From Candidatus Margulisiibacteriota bacterium (GTDB lineage Bacteria; Margulisbacteria; WOR-1; O2-12-FULL-45-9): a stretch of DNA of 29,513 nt. The stretch is from NCBI GenBank assembly GCA_043816785.1, contig JBDRHP010000080.1:1-29513 (forward strand), written 5' to 3'. The notes beneath the pieces are model-generated. The model searched no databases. It had not been told where the DNA came from and saw only the letters and a list, made by a program, of their open reading frames with translations. The first letter of the stretch is position 1; each line of letters starts with the position of its first letter. A program made the translations under genes and the position numbers. Positions 17,095 to 25,282 of the stretch are shown one piece after another.

Positions 17095-17883
17095 ATGCCT
17101 GTGAACTTATCGTTTGCCCAACGCCTGACCCGGGTCCAGTCCTTAAGGCGGCCTGATCCGGGCTTGCGGATCGATCGTTCCTCTTTGACCCCAAAGGGCA
17201 GGAACATGAGGGCGATCGATCTGGCGAATTTTGCCGCAGAACAATTAGGGCCGCGGGTCGATCATATTAGAGATTTATCTGTTTTGGGCAATGATGTGCC
17301 TTTGGTTCAGCTTGGTGAAGTTATTGAAATCTCTGATCTCCAAGTTGTTCTACCAACTCAGCAAGCCTTAGATAAGTTGGTGTTAGATCCAGCGCTGAGA
17401 GATAAACTGGGTTTGTCCAGCACAACTTTGGGTGTTGAAAAGACTGGTCAACAATTCATCAGGGTTAAGTGGAATAGTGAGCAAAGCGCTTTTTCTGCGG
17501 CTGTGGCCCTGGAGCAGAATTTTGAAAACATGGGATTTGGTGTGAGATTAATTGATATGAGCGCAGCTCAAAGATTGCGCACTCTGGCCAAAGATATTAC
17601 TAACGCTGAACGGATCGAAGAGGATGTTGGAGAAGGCGTATATGACTATCTCGAACCAGAAGAGTTAGGTCAGTTGACTAGATTAAGTGATTTTGACTCT
17701 AAAATAGTATATCTAGCGCAAAAAACCCGCCTACAAAATGTTGATTTGGTAATAAGAGGCGGGAATTCGTATGATGCTATGCGGGCAGAGCAAAACCCTG
17801 GAGCAATGATTCAACCGACTAAGAGTGGACCTGTTGAAAGAGAGTTTATTGCTTTTGAAGCCTTGCAGGTCTTTACAAGATAA
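17095..17883 (+). CDS. Orphan protein
   Basis: 262-aa ORF with AGGAG RBS, 13 nt after the previous stop. Its 3' end overlaps the proB end by 11 nt. Confidence 0.75.
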   Translation: MPVNLSFAQRLTRVQSLRRPDPGLRIDRSSLTPKGRNMRAIDLANFAAEQLGPRVDHIRDLSVLGNDVPLVQLGEVIEISDLQVVLPTQQALDKLVLDPALRDKLGLSSTTLGVEKTGQQFIRVKWNSEQSAFSAAVALEQNFENMGFGVRLIDMSAAQRLRTLAKDITNAERIEEDVGEGVYDYLEPEELGQLTRLSDFDSKIVYLAQKTRLQNVDLVIRGGNSYDAMRAEQNPGAMIQPTKSGPVEREFIAFEALQVFTR

Positions 17884-18943
17884 CCAGATTATCCCGATGG
17901 ATCGCGATGCCCACGCCTTTTTTGCCGATCATTGTAGCTAATTCTTCGCTGGGGATATCAATCAAACCACGTGCGATCTCTCTGCTGCTTTCATCAACAA
18001 TGGAAACTAAAGCACCGCGACTGAACTCACCGCTAGATGAGAGGATGCCTACAGGCAACAGGCTGGTATTCTGCTTAAGTAGAGCAGATTCTGCGCCTGG
18101 ATCAATGACTAATTTTCCTTCAACCTGCAAGCCATGAGCCAGCCAGCGCTTGCGGCTGTCCATTTTAGATGTTTTAGGGATGAACAGGGTGCCTGCTGGT
18201 TCTCCCTTGATCACTTGCTTGATCAGACCTTCTTTGCGGCCGTTGACAATAGCCATGTAAGTGCCGGCGTTGCTGCAGACCCTGGCAGCCTGAATTTTAG
18301 TGATCATGCCGCCAGTGCCCAGCTGAGTTGAAGGATGGCCTGCGGCGTCTTCCACATTCTGGTCAATTTCTGTGATCTCATCAGCTAAGAAGGAAACCCC
18401 TTCCTCATTCTTCATATAAAAACCATCAACATCAGTTAACAGGACCAAAAGATCTGCGCCGATCAAGCTGGCAGTTAAAGCGGCCAGATTATCATTATCA
18501 CCGATCTTGATCTCATCAATGGCCACCGCATCGTTCTCATTAACGATCGGGATCACGTTCTCTTCTAAAAGGGTGTCAAAGCAGTGGCGGGCGTTTAAAT
18601 AACGTTCCCGGTTGGCGATGGCATCACGGGTCAACAGGACTTGGGCAACCGTTAGATCATATTTCTCAAAAGCTTTTTCATATTGCCGCATCAAACGGGC
18701 TTGGCCAACAGCCGCAGCTGCTTGTTTCTGAGGAATGGTCTTGGGTTTACCCAGGCCTAAGCGCTCAGCCCCGCAGACAATTGAGCCTGAGGTAACTAAA
18801 ATGACCTTTTTCTTGTTCTTGACCAGGTCAGATATTTCTAAGGCGATCCGTTTGAGGTTAGTTAGATCTAAATTGCCTTGAGGGTTAGTTAACGAGGAAC
18901 TACCGACTTTGATGACGATAATATTAAAAGCTTTTTTAGCCAT
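17873..18943 (-). CDS. proB: Glutamate 5-kinase
   Basis: Motifs: VIKVGSS, QAAAAVGQ, PIVNEND, GDNDNL, GTGGMITK; C-terminal PUA domain. Confidence 0.97.
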   Translation of the reverse strand: MAKKAFNIIVIKVGSSSLTNPQGNLDLTNLKRIALEISDLVKNKKKVILVTSGSIVCGAERLGLGKPKTIPQKQAAAAVGQARLMRQYEKAFEKYDLTVAQVLLTRDAIANRERYLNARHCFDTLLEENVIPIVNENDAVAIDEIKIGDNDNLAALTASLIGADLLVLLTDVDGFYMKNEEGVSFLADEITEIDQNVEDAAGHPSTQLGTGGMITKIQAARVCSNAGTYMAIVNGRKEGLIKQVIKGEPAGTLFIPKTSKMDSRKRWLAHGLQVEGKLVIDPGAESALLKQNTSLLPVGILSSSGEFSRGALVSIVDESSREIARGLIDIPSEELATMIGKKGVGIAIHRDNLVIL

Positions 18944-19185
18944 TAGGCAGGTTGGATGCTGACTCTTTTGCCTGGTTCAAAAACCACCAAACCAGCAACT
19001 TTTGCGAAAAGCGTGTGGTCTCTGCCTTTGCCAACGTTGGTCCCTGGGTAAAACTTGGTGCCGTGCTGGCGAATGATGATGGAACCAGCGGAAACTGTTT
19101 GCCCGCCAAAGGCTTTAACGCCTAATCTTTGTCCAATAGAATCTCTGCCGTTTTTACACGCGCCGCCGGCCTTTTTATGAGCCAT
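18943..19185 (-). CDS. rpmA: 50S ribosomal protein L27
   Basis: [27 protein letters not shown]. Confidence 0.98.
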   Translation of the reverse strand: MAHKKAGGACKNGRDSIGQRLGVKAFGGQTVSAGSIIIRQHGTKFYPGTNVGKGRDHTLFAKVAGLVVFEPGKRVSIQPA

Positions 19186-19489
19186 GTTTTACCTCCTGGA
19201 TCTCTACTCTGGTGTATCGTTGTCTGTGTCCGATCGTTCGATGATAATTGATCTTATTCTTGTAGCGGAAAGTGGTAACTTTTTTGTCTTTGATGTCGGC
19301 TTCCAGCACCTTGGCGGAAACCTTGGCTCCCTTAACATAGGGGGTGCCAACCTCGGTCTTGTCATCATCAGAGATCAGCAGGACCTTATCAAAGGTCAAG
19401 CTGTGTTTGGCATCAACCAGTTCGACATCAATGATGTCCCCCTGACTGACTTTATATTGTTTGCTGCCTGTTTCAATTATTGCGTACAT
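19175..19489 (-). CDS. rplU: 50S ribosomal protein L21
   Basis: [31 protein letters not shown]. Confidence 0.98.
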   Translation of the reverse strand: MYAIIETGSKQYKVSQGDIIDVELVDAKHSLTFDKVLLISDDDKTEVGTPYVKGAKVSAKVLEADIKDKKVTTFRYKNKINYHRTIGHRQRYTRVEIQEVKHGS

Positions 19490-19501
19490 AACGAAGGTCT
19501 A

Positions 19502-19801
19502 TTATACCAGATTTGCCTCGAGGATGGCAATACCCTGGGGCAGGGTTTTGTTGAGCTTGGCCATGAGTTCAGCCGGCTTGATCCAGCCATCGATCTGCAG
19601 GGTGGCCGGTTCCCCCTCAGAGGTTGCGCCGACCTTTAATGCTTGGCCCCAGGAGATCTTCATATGAGGATTAAAACCTTGTGAATAGGCCATGGGGAGC
19701 TCAGCGCGGCGGATGGCGCGCTGAAAAACGCGCATCAGGTCGCGATGGGAGATGAACTTAACTTCTTCACCCTTAGTGTATTTAATCTGGATTCGCTGCA
19801 C
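19502..19801 (-). CDS. TIGR03936 / DUF2344 radical SAM-associated protein (short form)
   Basis: KFISHRDLMRVFQRAIRRAELPMAYSQGFNPH. Confidence 0.9.
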   Translation of the reverse strand: MQRIQIKYTKGEEVKFISHRDLMRVFQRAIRRAELPMAYSQGFNPHMKISWGQALKVGATSEGEPATLQIDGWIKPAELMAKLNKTLPQGIAILEANLV

Positions 19802-21449
19802 GCAGCAATCTCTCCTTGGGTACTCCGGTATCTATAAAATCCCAGGGTAATTCTTCATCAGTTGATCGTTCGCGCAGATAATTGTCAGGGTTGATGCCAG
19901 TTTCATTAAAAGCCTTTTGCCAAAGATCAAATTTTAAATGTTCTGACCAGGCATCGAGGCGGCAGCCCAGCTGCCAAGCCTTTTCAATCACCAAGGCTAA
20001 CTTTCTATCCCCTCGAGCAAAAACCCCTTCCAGGAAACTGGCGGAAGCGTCATGCCAGCGCACGGTGAGGCTTTTGCCCCTAAGGTTCTGTTTAATAAAT
20101 CTTTGTTTTTCCAAGGTCTCTTCGATCGATATTTGCCTGGCCCATTGGAGCGGGGTATGCGGCTTAGGGATAAAAGTGGCCAGATTAACCGTGACCCGGG
20201 CCCGATTGGTGTGTTTTTTTCCTGCAGCAATGATCTTTTGCGCCAGGGCGCAGATGCCGAGCAGGTCTTCTTCGGTCTCAGTGGGCAGACCGATCATAAA
20301 GTAGAGCTTGATCGAGGAAATGCCTGCGCTAAAAGCACTCTCAATGCCGTCCATAATGTTTTCTTCAGACATATTCTTGCCAATTACGTCGCGCAGGCGT
20401 TGGGTGCCGGCTTCAGGAGCGAGCGTCACGCCGCTGGGCCTGACTCGAGCCACATCCTTAGCCAAGTTGATGGAAAAAGTGTTGGTGCGCATGGAAGGCA
20501 GGCTGATGTTGATCCGTTTTCCCTCATACTTTTTAGCCAGGGTGTTAGCTAATTCCTGGATCTGGCTGTAGTCAGAAGTGGAAAGAGAGACCAGGGAAAG
20601 TTCTTCATGTCCGGAATTCTTGATCAGTTCGTCGGCGATCTGGATGATCTTATCCATCTTCTTTTCCCTGACCGGCCGCGTTGTCCAAGCGGCCTGGCAG
20701 AATTTGCAACCCCATTTGCAGCCGCGCATGATCTCGACCACGGCACGATCATGGACCGCTTCGATGAAGGGGATGATAGGGGTTAGGGGATAGGGGGCAG
20801 GGGTTAGGTCCTTGATGTATCGTTTAGTCACTTTGTTATTAAGGCTGGGGACATATATGCCAGGAATTTTCGCTAAAGCGTCTAATTTCGAATTTCTAAT
20901 ATCTAATTTCGAATCTCTAAGTCTTTCAGCGATCTCGACAATGACCTCTTCTGCTTCTCCGATCACAAAAAAATCAAAAAAGTCAGCAATTGGTTCGGGG
21001 TTGAACACACAAGGTCCTCCGCCCATGATCAAAGGATGGTTGTCCTGGCGATCTTTTTGCCAAATAGGAATATTTCCTAATTTGAGCATATTAATAATAT
21101 TAGTATAAGTAAGTTCGTGGCCAAGGCCAAAGCCGATGAGATCAAATTCCGTGAGTGGTTTCCAGGACTCCAGGCTGAAAAGTTGTAAGTTGTTAGTTAT
21201 AAGTTGCTCTTCCATGTCAGGCCAGGGGGCAAAAACTCTTTCGGCTAAAATGTCTTTTTCCTGATTTAAGATATCATAGAGGATCTGGATGCCCAGATTA
21301 GACATGCCGATCTCATAGGTGTCGGGATAAGCAATAGCTACTTTAAAAGAGGTTTTATCCCAGTCTTTGTGTGCCGAATTCAGCTCATTGCCGATATAGC
21401 GAGCTGGTTTCTGGACATTAGGCAGGATTTGTTCGATGATTTCTTTCAC
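19782..21449 (-). CDS. TIGR03960 family B12-binding radical SAM protein
   Basis: Motifs: KPARYIGNE, YPDTYEIGMSNLG, RGCKWGCKFCQA, APEAGTQRLR and FIPKPHTP. Confidence 0.93.
   Translation of the reverse strand: MKEIIEQILPNVQKPARYIGNELNSAHKDWDKTSFKVAIAYPDTYEIGMSNLGIQILYDILNQEKDILAERVFAPWPDMEEQLITNNLQLFSLESWKPLTEFDLIGFGLGHELTYTNIINMLKLGNIPIWQKDRQDNHPLIMGGGPCVFNPEPIADFFDFFVIGEAEEVIVEIAERLRDSKLDIRNSKLDALAKIPGIYVPSLNNKVTKRYIKDLTPAPYPLTPIIPFIEAVHDRAVVEIMRGCKWGCKFCQAAWTTRPVREKKMDKIIQIADELIKNSGHEELSLVSLSTSDYSQIQELANTLAKKYEGKRINISLPSMRTNTFSINLAKDVARVRPSGVTLAPEAGTQRLRDVIGKNMSEENIMDGIESAFSAGISSIKLYFMIGLPTETEEDLLGICALAQKIIAAGKKHTNRARVTVNLATFIPKPHTPLQWARQISIEETLEKQRFIKQNLRGKSLTVRWHDASASFLEGVFARGDRKLALVIEKAWQLGCRLDAWSEHLKFDLWQKAFNETGINPDNYLRERSTDEELPWDFIDTGVPKERLLRAANPD
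20881..20922. repeat. In-frame heptamer tandem array (6x TCTAATT-like)
   Basis: TCTAATT TCGAATT TCTAATA TCTAATT TCGAATC TCTAAGT; encodes about LRDSKLDIRNSKLD. Confidence 0.8.
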
Positions 21450-23968
21450 TTGATCACAATATTTACTAATTTTTTGGGAACGACAATGGTTTTAACGATG
21501 TTTTTCCCGGCAATAAAGTTCTTGGCTTTTTCGCTGGCCAGGGCTTTTTGTTTTATCTCTTCATCTGAGGCTTCAGCAGGAACTGAAATAGTATCTCTCA
21601 GCCTGCCATTTACTTGAACTGGGATAGTTATTTCACTTTCCTTGGCCAGCTCTGGATCATGTTTTGGCCAGGGTTGGAGATGTATGCTTTCTTTGTTTCC
21701 CAGGATTTGCCAGAGCTCTTCAGTCATGTAAGGCGCAAAGGGGCTAAGCAGTTGAAGCAGGATTTTGAGCAGTTCTGTATCAATTTTTTCTGCTTTAGCG
21801 AATTCATTGACCAATTCCATCATCTTGGCGATGGCGGTATTGAAGGAGAACCTTTCTATGTCGTCCGTTACTGCTTTGATCGTTTGGTGGGTTTTCTTTA
21901 TCAGAGATCGCTCGGAAACCTGAGACTGAACGTCTCGGTTTCCTCGCTCATTGGAACCGCAAAGCACCTCGACTTCGCTCGGTGCTGCCCTGAGCTTGCC
22001 GAAGGGTTTATTCGCAGGTTCCAATGACGCAGTTACGAGTCGCCATACCCGATTCAAAAACCGATAGCATCCCTCAACACCTTTATTCGACCATTCAAGT
22101 TCTTTTTCCGGTGGTGAGGCAAAGAGAATAAAGAGCCGGGCAGTGTCAGCGCCGTATTTTTTGATGATCTCATCAGGATCAACCACATTGCCTTTAGATT
22201 TGCTCATCTTGGCGCCGTCTTTGACTACCATGCCTTGAGTTAATAGATTGGTAAATGGTTCGTCTGTTGGCACCATTTTTTGATCGAACAGGAATTTGGC
22301 AAAGAAGCGGGAGTAGAGCAGGTGAAGGATCGCATGCTCAATGCCGCCAATGTATTGGTCCACCGGCATCCAGGTATCAGCCATTCTTCTGCCAAATGGT
22401 TTCTTGTTATTCTTGGGATCGCAATAGCGATAAAAGTACCAGGATGAACAGATGAATGTATCCATGGTGTCGGTTTCGCGGCTGGCTTTTGACCCGCATT
22501 TTGGACATTTAGTTTCAACAAATTCTTTTACTTGAGCAAGCGGAGAAGCGCCTTTGCCTGTGAATTCTACATTTTTAGGAAGTTTAACTGGTAAATCTTT
22601 TTCAGGAACTGGCACTACACCGCATTTTTTACAATAAATAATAGGAATAGGGGCACCCCAATAGCGTTGGCGGGAAATTAACCAATCACGAAGCTTATAA
22701 TTTACTTTCCACTCCCCAATACCTTGTTCAACTAACCAGTCACCAATATTTTTCAATCCTTCAGGTGAGGGTTGGCCATCAAATTGGGCTGAATTAACCA
22801 TTATTCCTTCGTCAACAAAGGCATCTTTCATCTCTTCCGGACTTTGAACTTTGGACGTTGGACTTATTACGACTTTGGTTGGCAAATTGTGCATCCTGGC
22901 AAACTCAAAATCTCTTTGGTCGTGGGCAGGAACTGCCATCACCGCGCCAGTTCCGTATTCCATGAGCACATAATCAGAAATCCAGATAGGAATTTCTTCG
23001 TTGTTGGCTGGATTGATTGCATAGGCGCCAGTAAAAACTCCTTCTTTGGCTGTGCTTTCTTCTCTTTCATGTAAAGTTTCATGCTTAACTTTTTCTTTAA
23101 ACTTTTTAACACTTGCTTGATACTGTGTCCCTTCGGTGAGTTTGTCTACAAAAGGATGTTCAGGAGCCAAAACCATATAAGTTACACCGAATAAGGTATC
23201 AGGGCGAGTTGTATAAATAATTAAATCCTTGGTTTCGGATTTCGGGTTTCGGATTTTGAATTTTATTTCTACACCGCAAGACCTGCCAATCCAGTTCCTC
23301 TGCATGATCTTAACTGGTTCGGGCCAGCCTTTTAGCTTCTCGATATCCTCAAGAAGCCGATCAGCATATTGAGTGATCTTCAAGAACCACTGTTCTAGGG
23401 CTTTTTCTTCAACTAGGCTGTCACAGCGCCAGCATTTTTCCTCTTTAACTTGTTCATTCGCTAAAACCGTTTGGCACTTTGGGCACCAGTTGACTTTGGC
23501 ATCTTTGCGATAGGCCAGGCCTTGCTCAAAGAACTTTAGAAACAGCCATTGAGTCCATTTATAATAATCTTCTTTACAGGTTGTGACTTCGCGGCTCCAA
23601 TCATAACTAATACCCAGTCGTTTTATCTGTTTTGTCATGTGAGCAATGCATTGCCTGGTCCATTCTTCAGGGTGGGTGCTGTGTTTGATGGCGGCGTTCT
23701 CCGCCGGCATGCCAAAAGCGTCCCAGCCGATCGGCTGGAGGACATTAAAGCCTTGCATTCTCTTATACCTGGCGATCACGTCTCCGATGGCATAATTGCG
23801 GACATGTCCCATGTGAAGGTTCCCGGAAGGATAGGGGAACATTACGAGATCGTAAAACTTTTGTTTTTCAGTTTTTTCGTTTTTTGCTTCTTCAGTTTGG
23901 TTGAGCTTTTGCTTGTCCCAGGCTTGCTGCCATTTGGGTTCTAATTGTTGGGGATTATATTGGCCCAT
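21446..23968 (-). CDS. leuS: Leucine--tRNA ligase
   Basis: Motifs: MFPYPSGNLHMGH, GWDAFG, TTRPDT, SRQRYWG and KMSKS. Confidence 0.98.
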   Translation of the reverse strand: MGQYNPQQLEPKWQQAWDKQKLNQTEEAKNEKTEKQKFYDLVMFPYPSGNLHMGHVRNYAIGDVIARYKRMQGFNVLQPIGWDAFGMPAENAAIKHSTHPEEWTRQCIAHMTKQIKRLGISYDWSREVTTCKEDYYKWTQWLFLKFFEQGLAYRKDAKVNWCPKCQTVLANEQVKEEKCWRCDSLVEEKALEQWFLKITQYADRLLEDIEKLKGWPEPVKIMQRNWIGRSCGVEIKFKIRNPKSETKDLIIYTTRPDTLFGVTYMVLAPEHPFVDKLTEGTQYQASVKKFKEKVKHETLHEREESTAKEGVFTGAYAINPANNEEIPIWISDYVLMEYGTGAVMAVPAHDQRDFEFARMHNLPTKVVISPTSKVQSPEEMKDAFVDEGIMVNSAQFDGQPSPEGLKNIGDWLVEQGIGEWKVNYKLRDWLISRQRYWGAPIPIIYCKKCGVVPVPEKDLPVKLPKNVEFTGKGASPLAQVKEFVETKCPKCGSKASRETDTMDTFICSSWYFYRYCDPKNNKKPFGRRMADTWMPVDQYIGGIEHAILHLLYSRFFAKFLFDQKMVPTDEPFTNLLTQGMVVKDGAKMSKSKGNVVDPDEIIKKYGADTARLFILFASPPEKELEWSNKGVEGCYRFLNRVWRLVTASLEPANKPFGKLRAAPSEVEVLCGSNERGNRDVQSQVSERSLIKKTHQTIKAVTDDIERFSFNTAIAKMMELVNEFAKAEKIDTELLKILLQLLSPFAPYMTEELWQILGNKESIHLQPWPKHDPELAKESEITIPVQVNGRLRDTISVPAEASDEEIKQKALASEKAKNFIAGKNIVKTIVVPKKLVNIVIK
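21914..22023. repeat. Composite REP-like element, copy inside leuS
   Basis: Hairpin 21914-21943 plus 72-bp unit 21952-22023; 47 bp (21964-22010) are identical to 28586-28632. Confidence 0.9.
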
Positions 23969-24014
23969 ATGTTCGTTAATTCTAGCAAAAATGCCCGCGA
24001 AATGCGAGATTTTT

Positions 24015-24042
24015 GTGAAATTCCTTCCACTTTTTAACGATA
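24015..24042 (+). promoter_or_regulatory. sigma28-like promoter, copy 3
   Basis: GTGAAATT-N15-CGATA, ending 40 nt before ATG 24083. Confidence 0.6.
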
Positions 24043-24082
24043 TATATGGTGAAGAATACTTAAGAGTATCAGGAGGAAACTT

Positions 24083-25282
24083 ATGGTTCAGGGAATAGGT
24101 CCAAGAGACCGGGCCCCATTGAAAGTTATTAACTTTGCCGCCGCCGTATTAGCCAGAAGAATAGCAGATAAAAGGAGAAGCCTGTTATCTTTGTCACAGA
24201 CCCCGCCAATCGGAAGAGCTACCTATGCGACCTATCCCCACGACAATGTTGCCTTCCACGTAATAGCTGTAGAAAGGACGTTTTCCGCAGAGGCCGTAAG
24301 GAAGATGGAAGAACTATATCAGGAGATCGCACCAGCATCTTTTATTATTCAAGGGAGGAATGAAATCATTCCTGAGATCAAATTTGCGAGATTTATCGCA
24401 AAAGAAAGCAAGGCGTCTGTTTGTGAGATTTTTGTTTCACCCAACGACAAGGTTGTTTCTGATCTTGCCGGGATTGAAAATGGAGATAGTGTAAGGGCAA
24501 TGGTAGCTGATTGGGCTGAATTTGCTCAGATTGATGTTCCAGGGGCATCCACCAATAGGGCACAAACGGATATAAAATTACTAAGAGAAATAGCCAAAGA
24601 CCTAAGCTGGCACAGGCTGCAAAGATCAGGGCTTAGAGGCAGGGTGGCAGTGCTGGTAAGTTCTGACCTGGCTGAAATTTTTGGCAGAGATTATCAGCCA
24701 AAACATCGATTTTCTGATGCTGAGATGCAAAGGGTTGAAGAAAGGCTTGGGGCCCGGGAATCTGATAGAGAGTTGTCTGCTGCAGAGCGGGAAAAAACAA
24801 TTAGACTGGCTATAGGATTTTGTGAGGTCATGAATTATGTTCAGTTGATGGAAGAAATGGCGAATATAGATAAAGATCCGAGAAACGAAATTGCCCTAAA
24901 ACGCCAGGAAGCGCTTTTGGCAACATTTTTAGTTCATTATGAGAAAATGGAAAAAGGGGAAGCCAGGTCTGCGGCTAGGGATGTTTTTGAGACCGGCATA
25001 CAGGGAGGGGAGCGAATTTACAGGGAATCCTTGCTGGAAGAGCTGCAAGAGGGAAAAGAGAGAGAGAACATTATGATAATGGGTAATTGTGTGAGGATTT
25101 TGTATGAAAAGGGCTTGGAACAAGACATAGGAATACTTAAAGGTTATCTGGAATGGCTGATTGAAAATAAGAGATCGTTTCGGGCCTGCAGCCTGGCAAA
25201 ATGGCTTTACAGGGAGGATGACCCAGATGCGGGAAAGCGGGCATATTTAAAAGAAGTAATACAGGCTCATGCCGGCTCTTAA
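24083..25282 (+). CDS. Orphan, mostly helical protein
   Basis: 399-aa ORF with AGGAGG RBS; its stop abuts the clpC stop exactly. Confidence 0.8.
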   Translation: MVQGIGPRDRAPLKVINFAAAVLARRIADKRRSLLSLSQTPPIGRATYATYPHDNVAFHVIAVERTFSAEAVRKMEELYQEIAPASFIIQGRNEIIPEIKFARFIAKESKASVCEIFVSPNDKVVSDLAGIENGDSVRAMVADWAEFAQIDVPGASTNRAQTDIKLLREIAKDLSWHRLQRSGLRGRVAVLVSSDLAEIFGRDYQPKHRFSDAEMQRVEERLGARESDRELSAAEREKTIRLAIGFCEVMNYVQLMEEMANIDKDPRNEIALKRQEALLATFLVHYEKMEKGEARSAARDVFETGIQGGERIYRESLLEELQEGKERENIMIMGNCVRILYEKGLEQDIGILKGYLEWLIENKRSFRACSLAKWLYREDDPDAGKRAYLKEVIQAHAGS

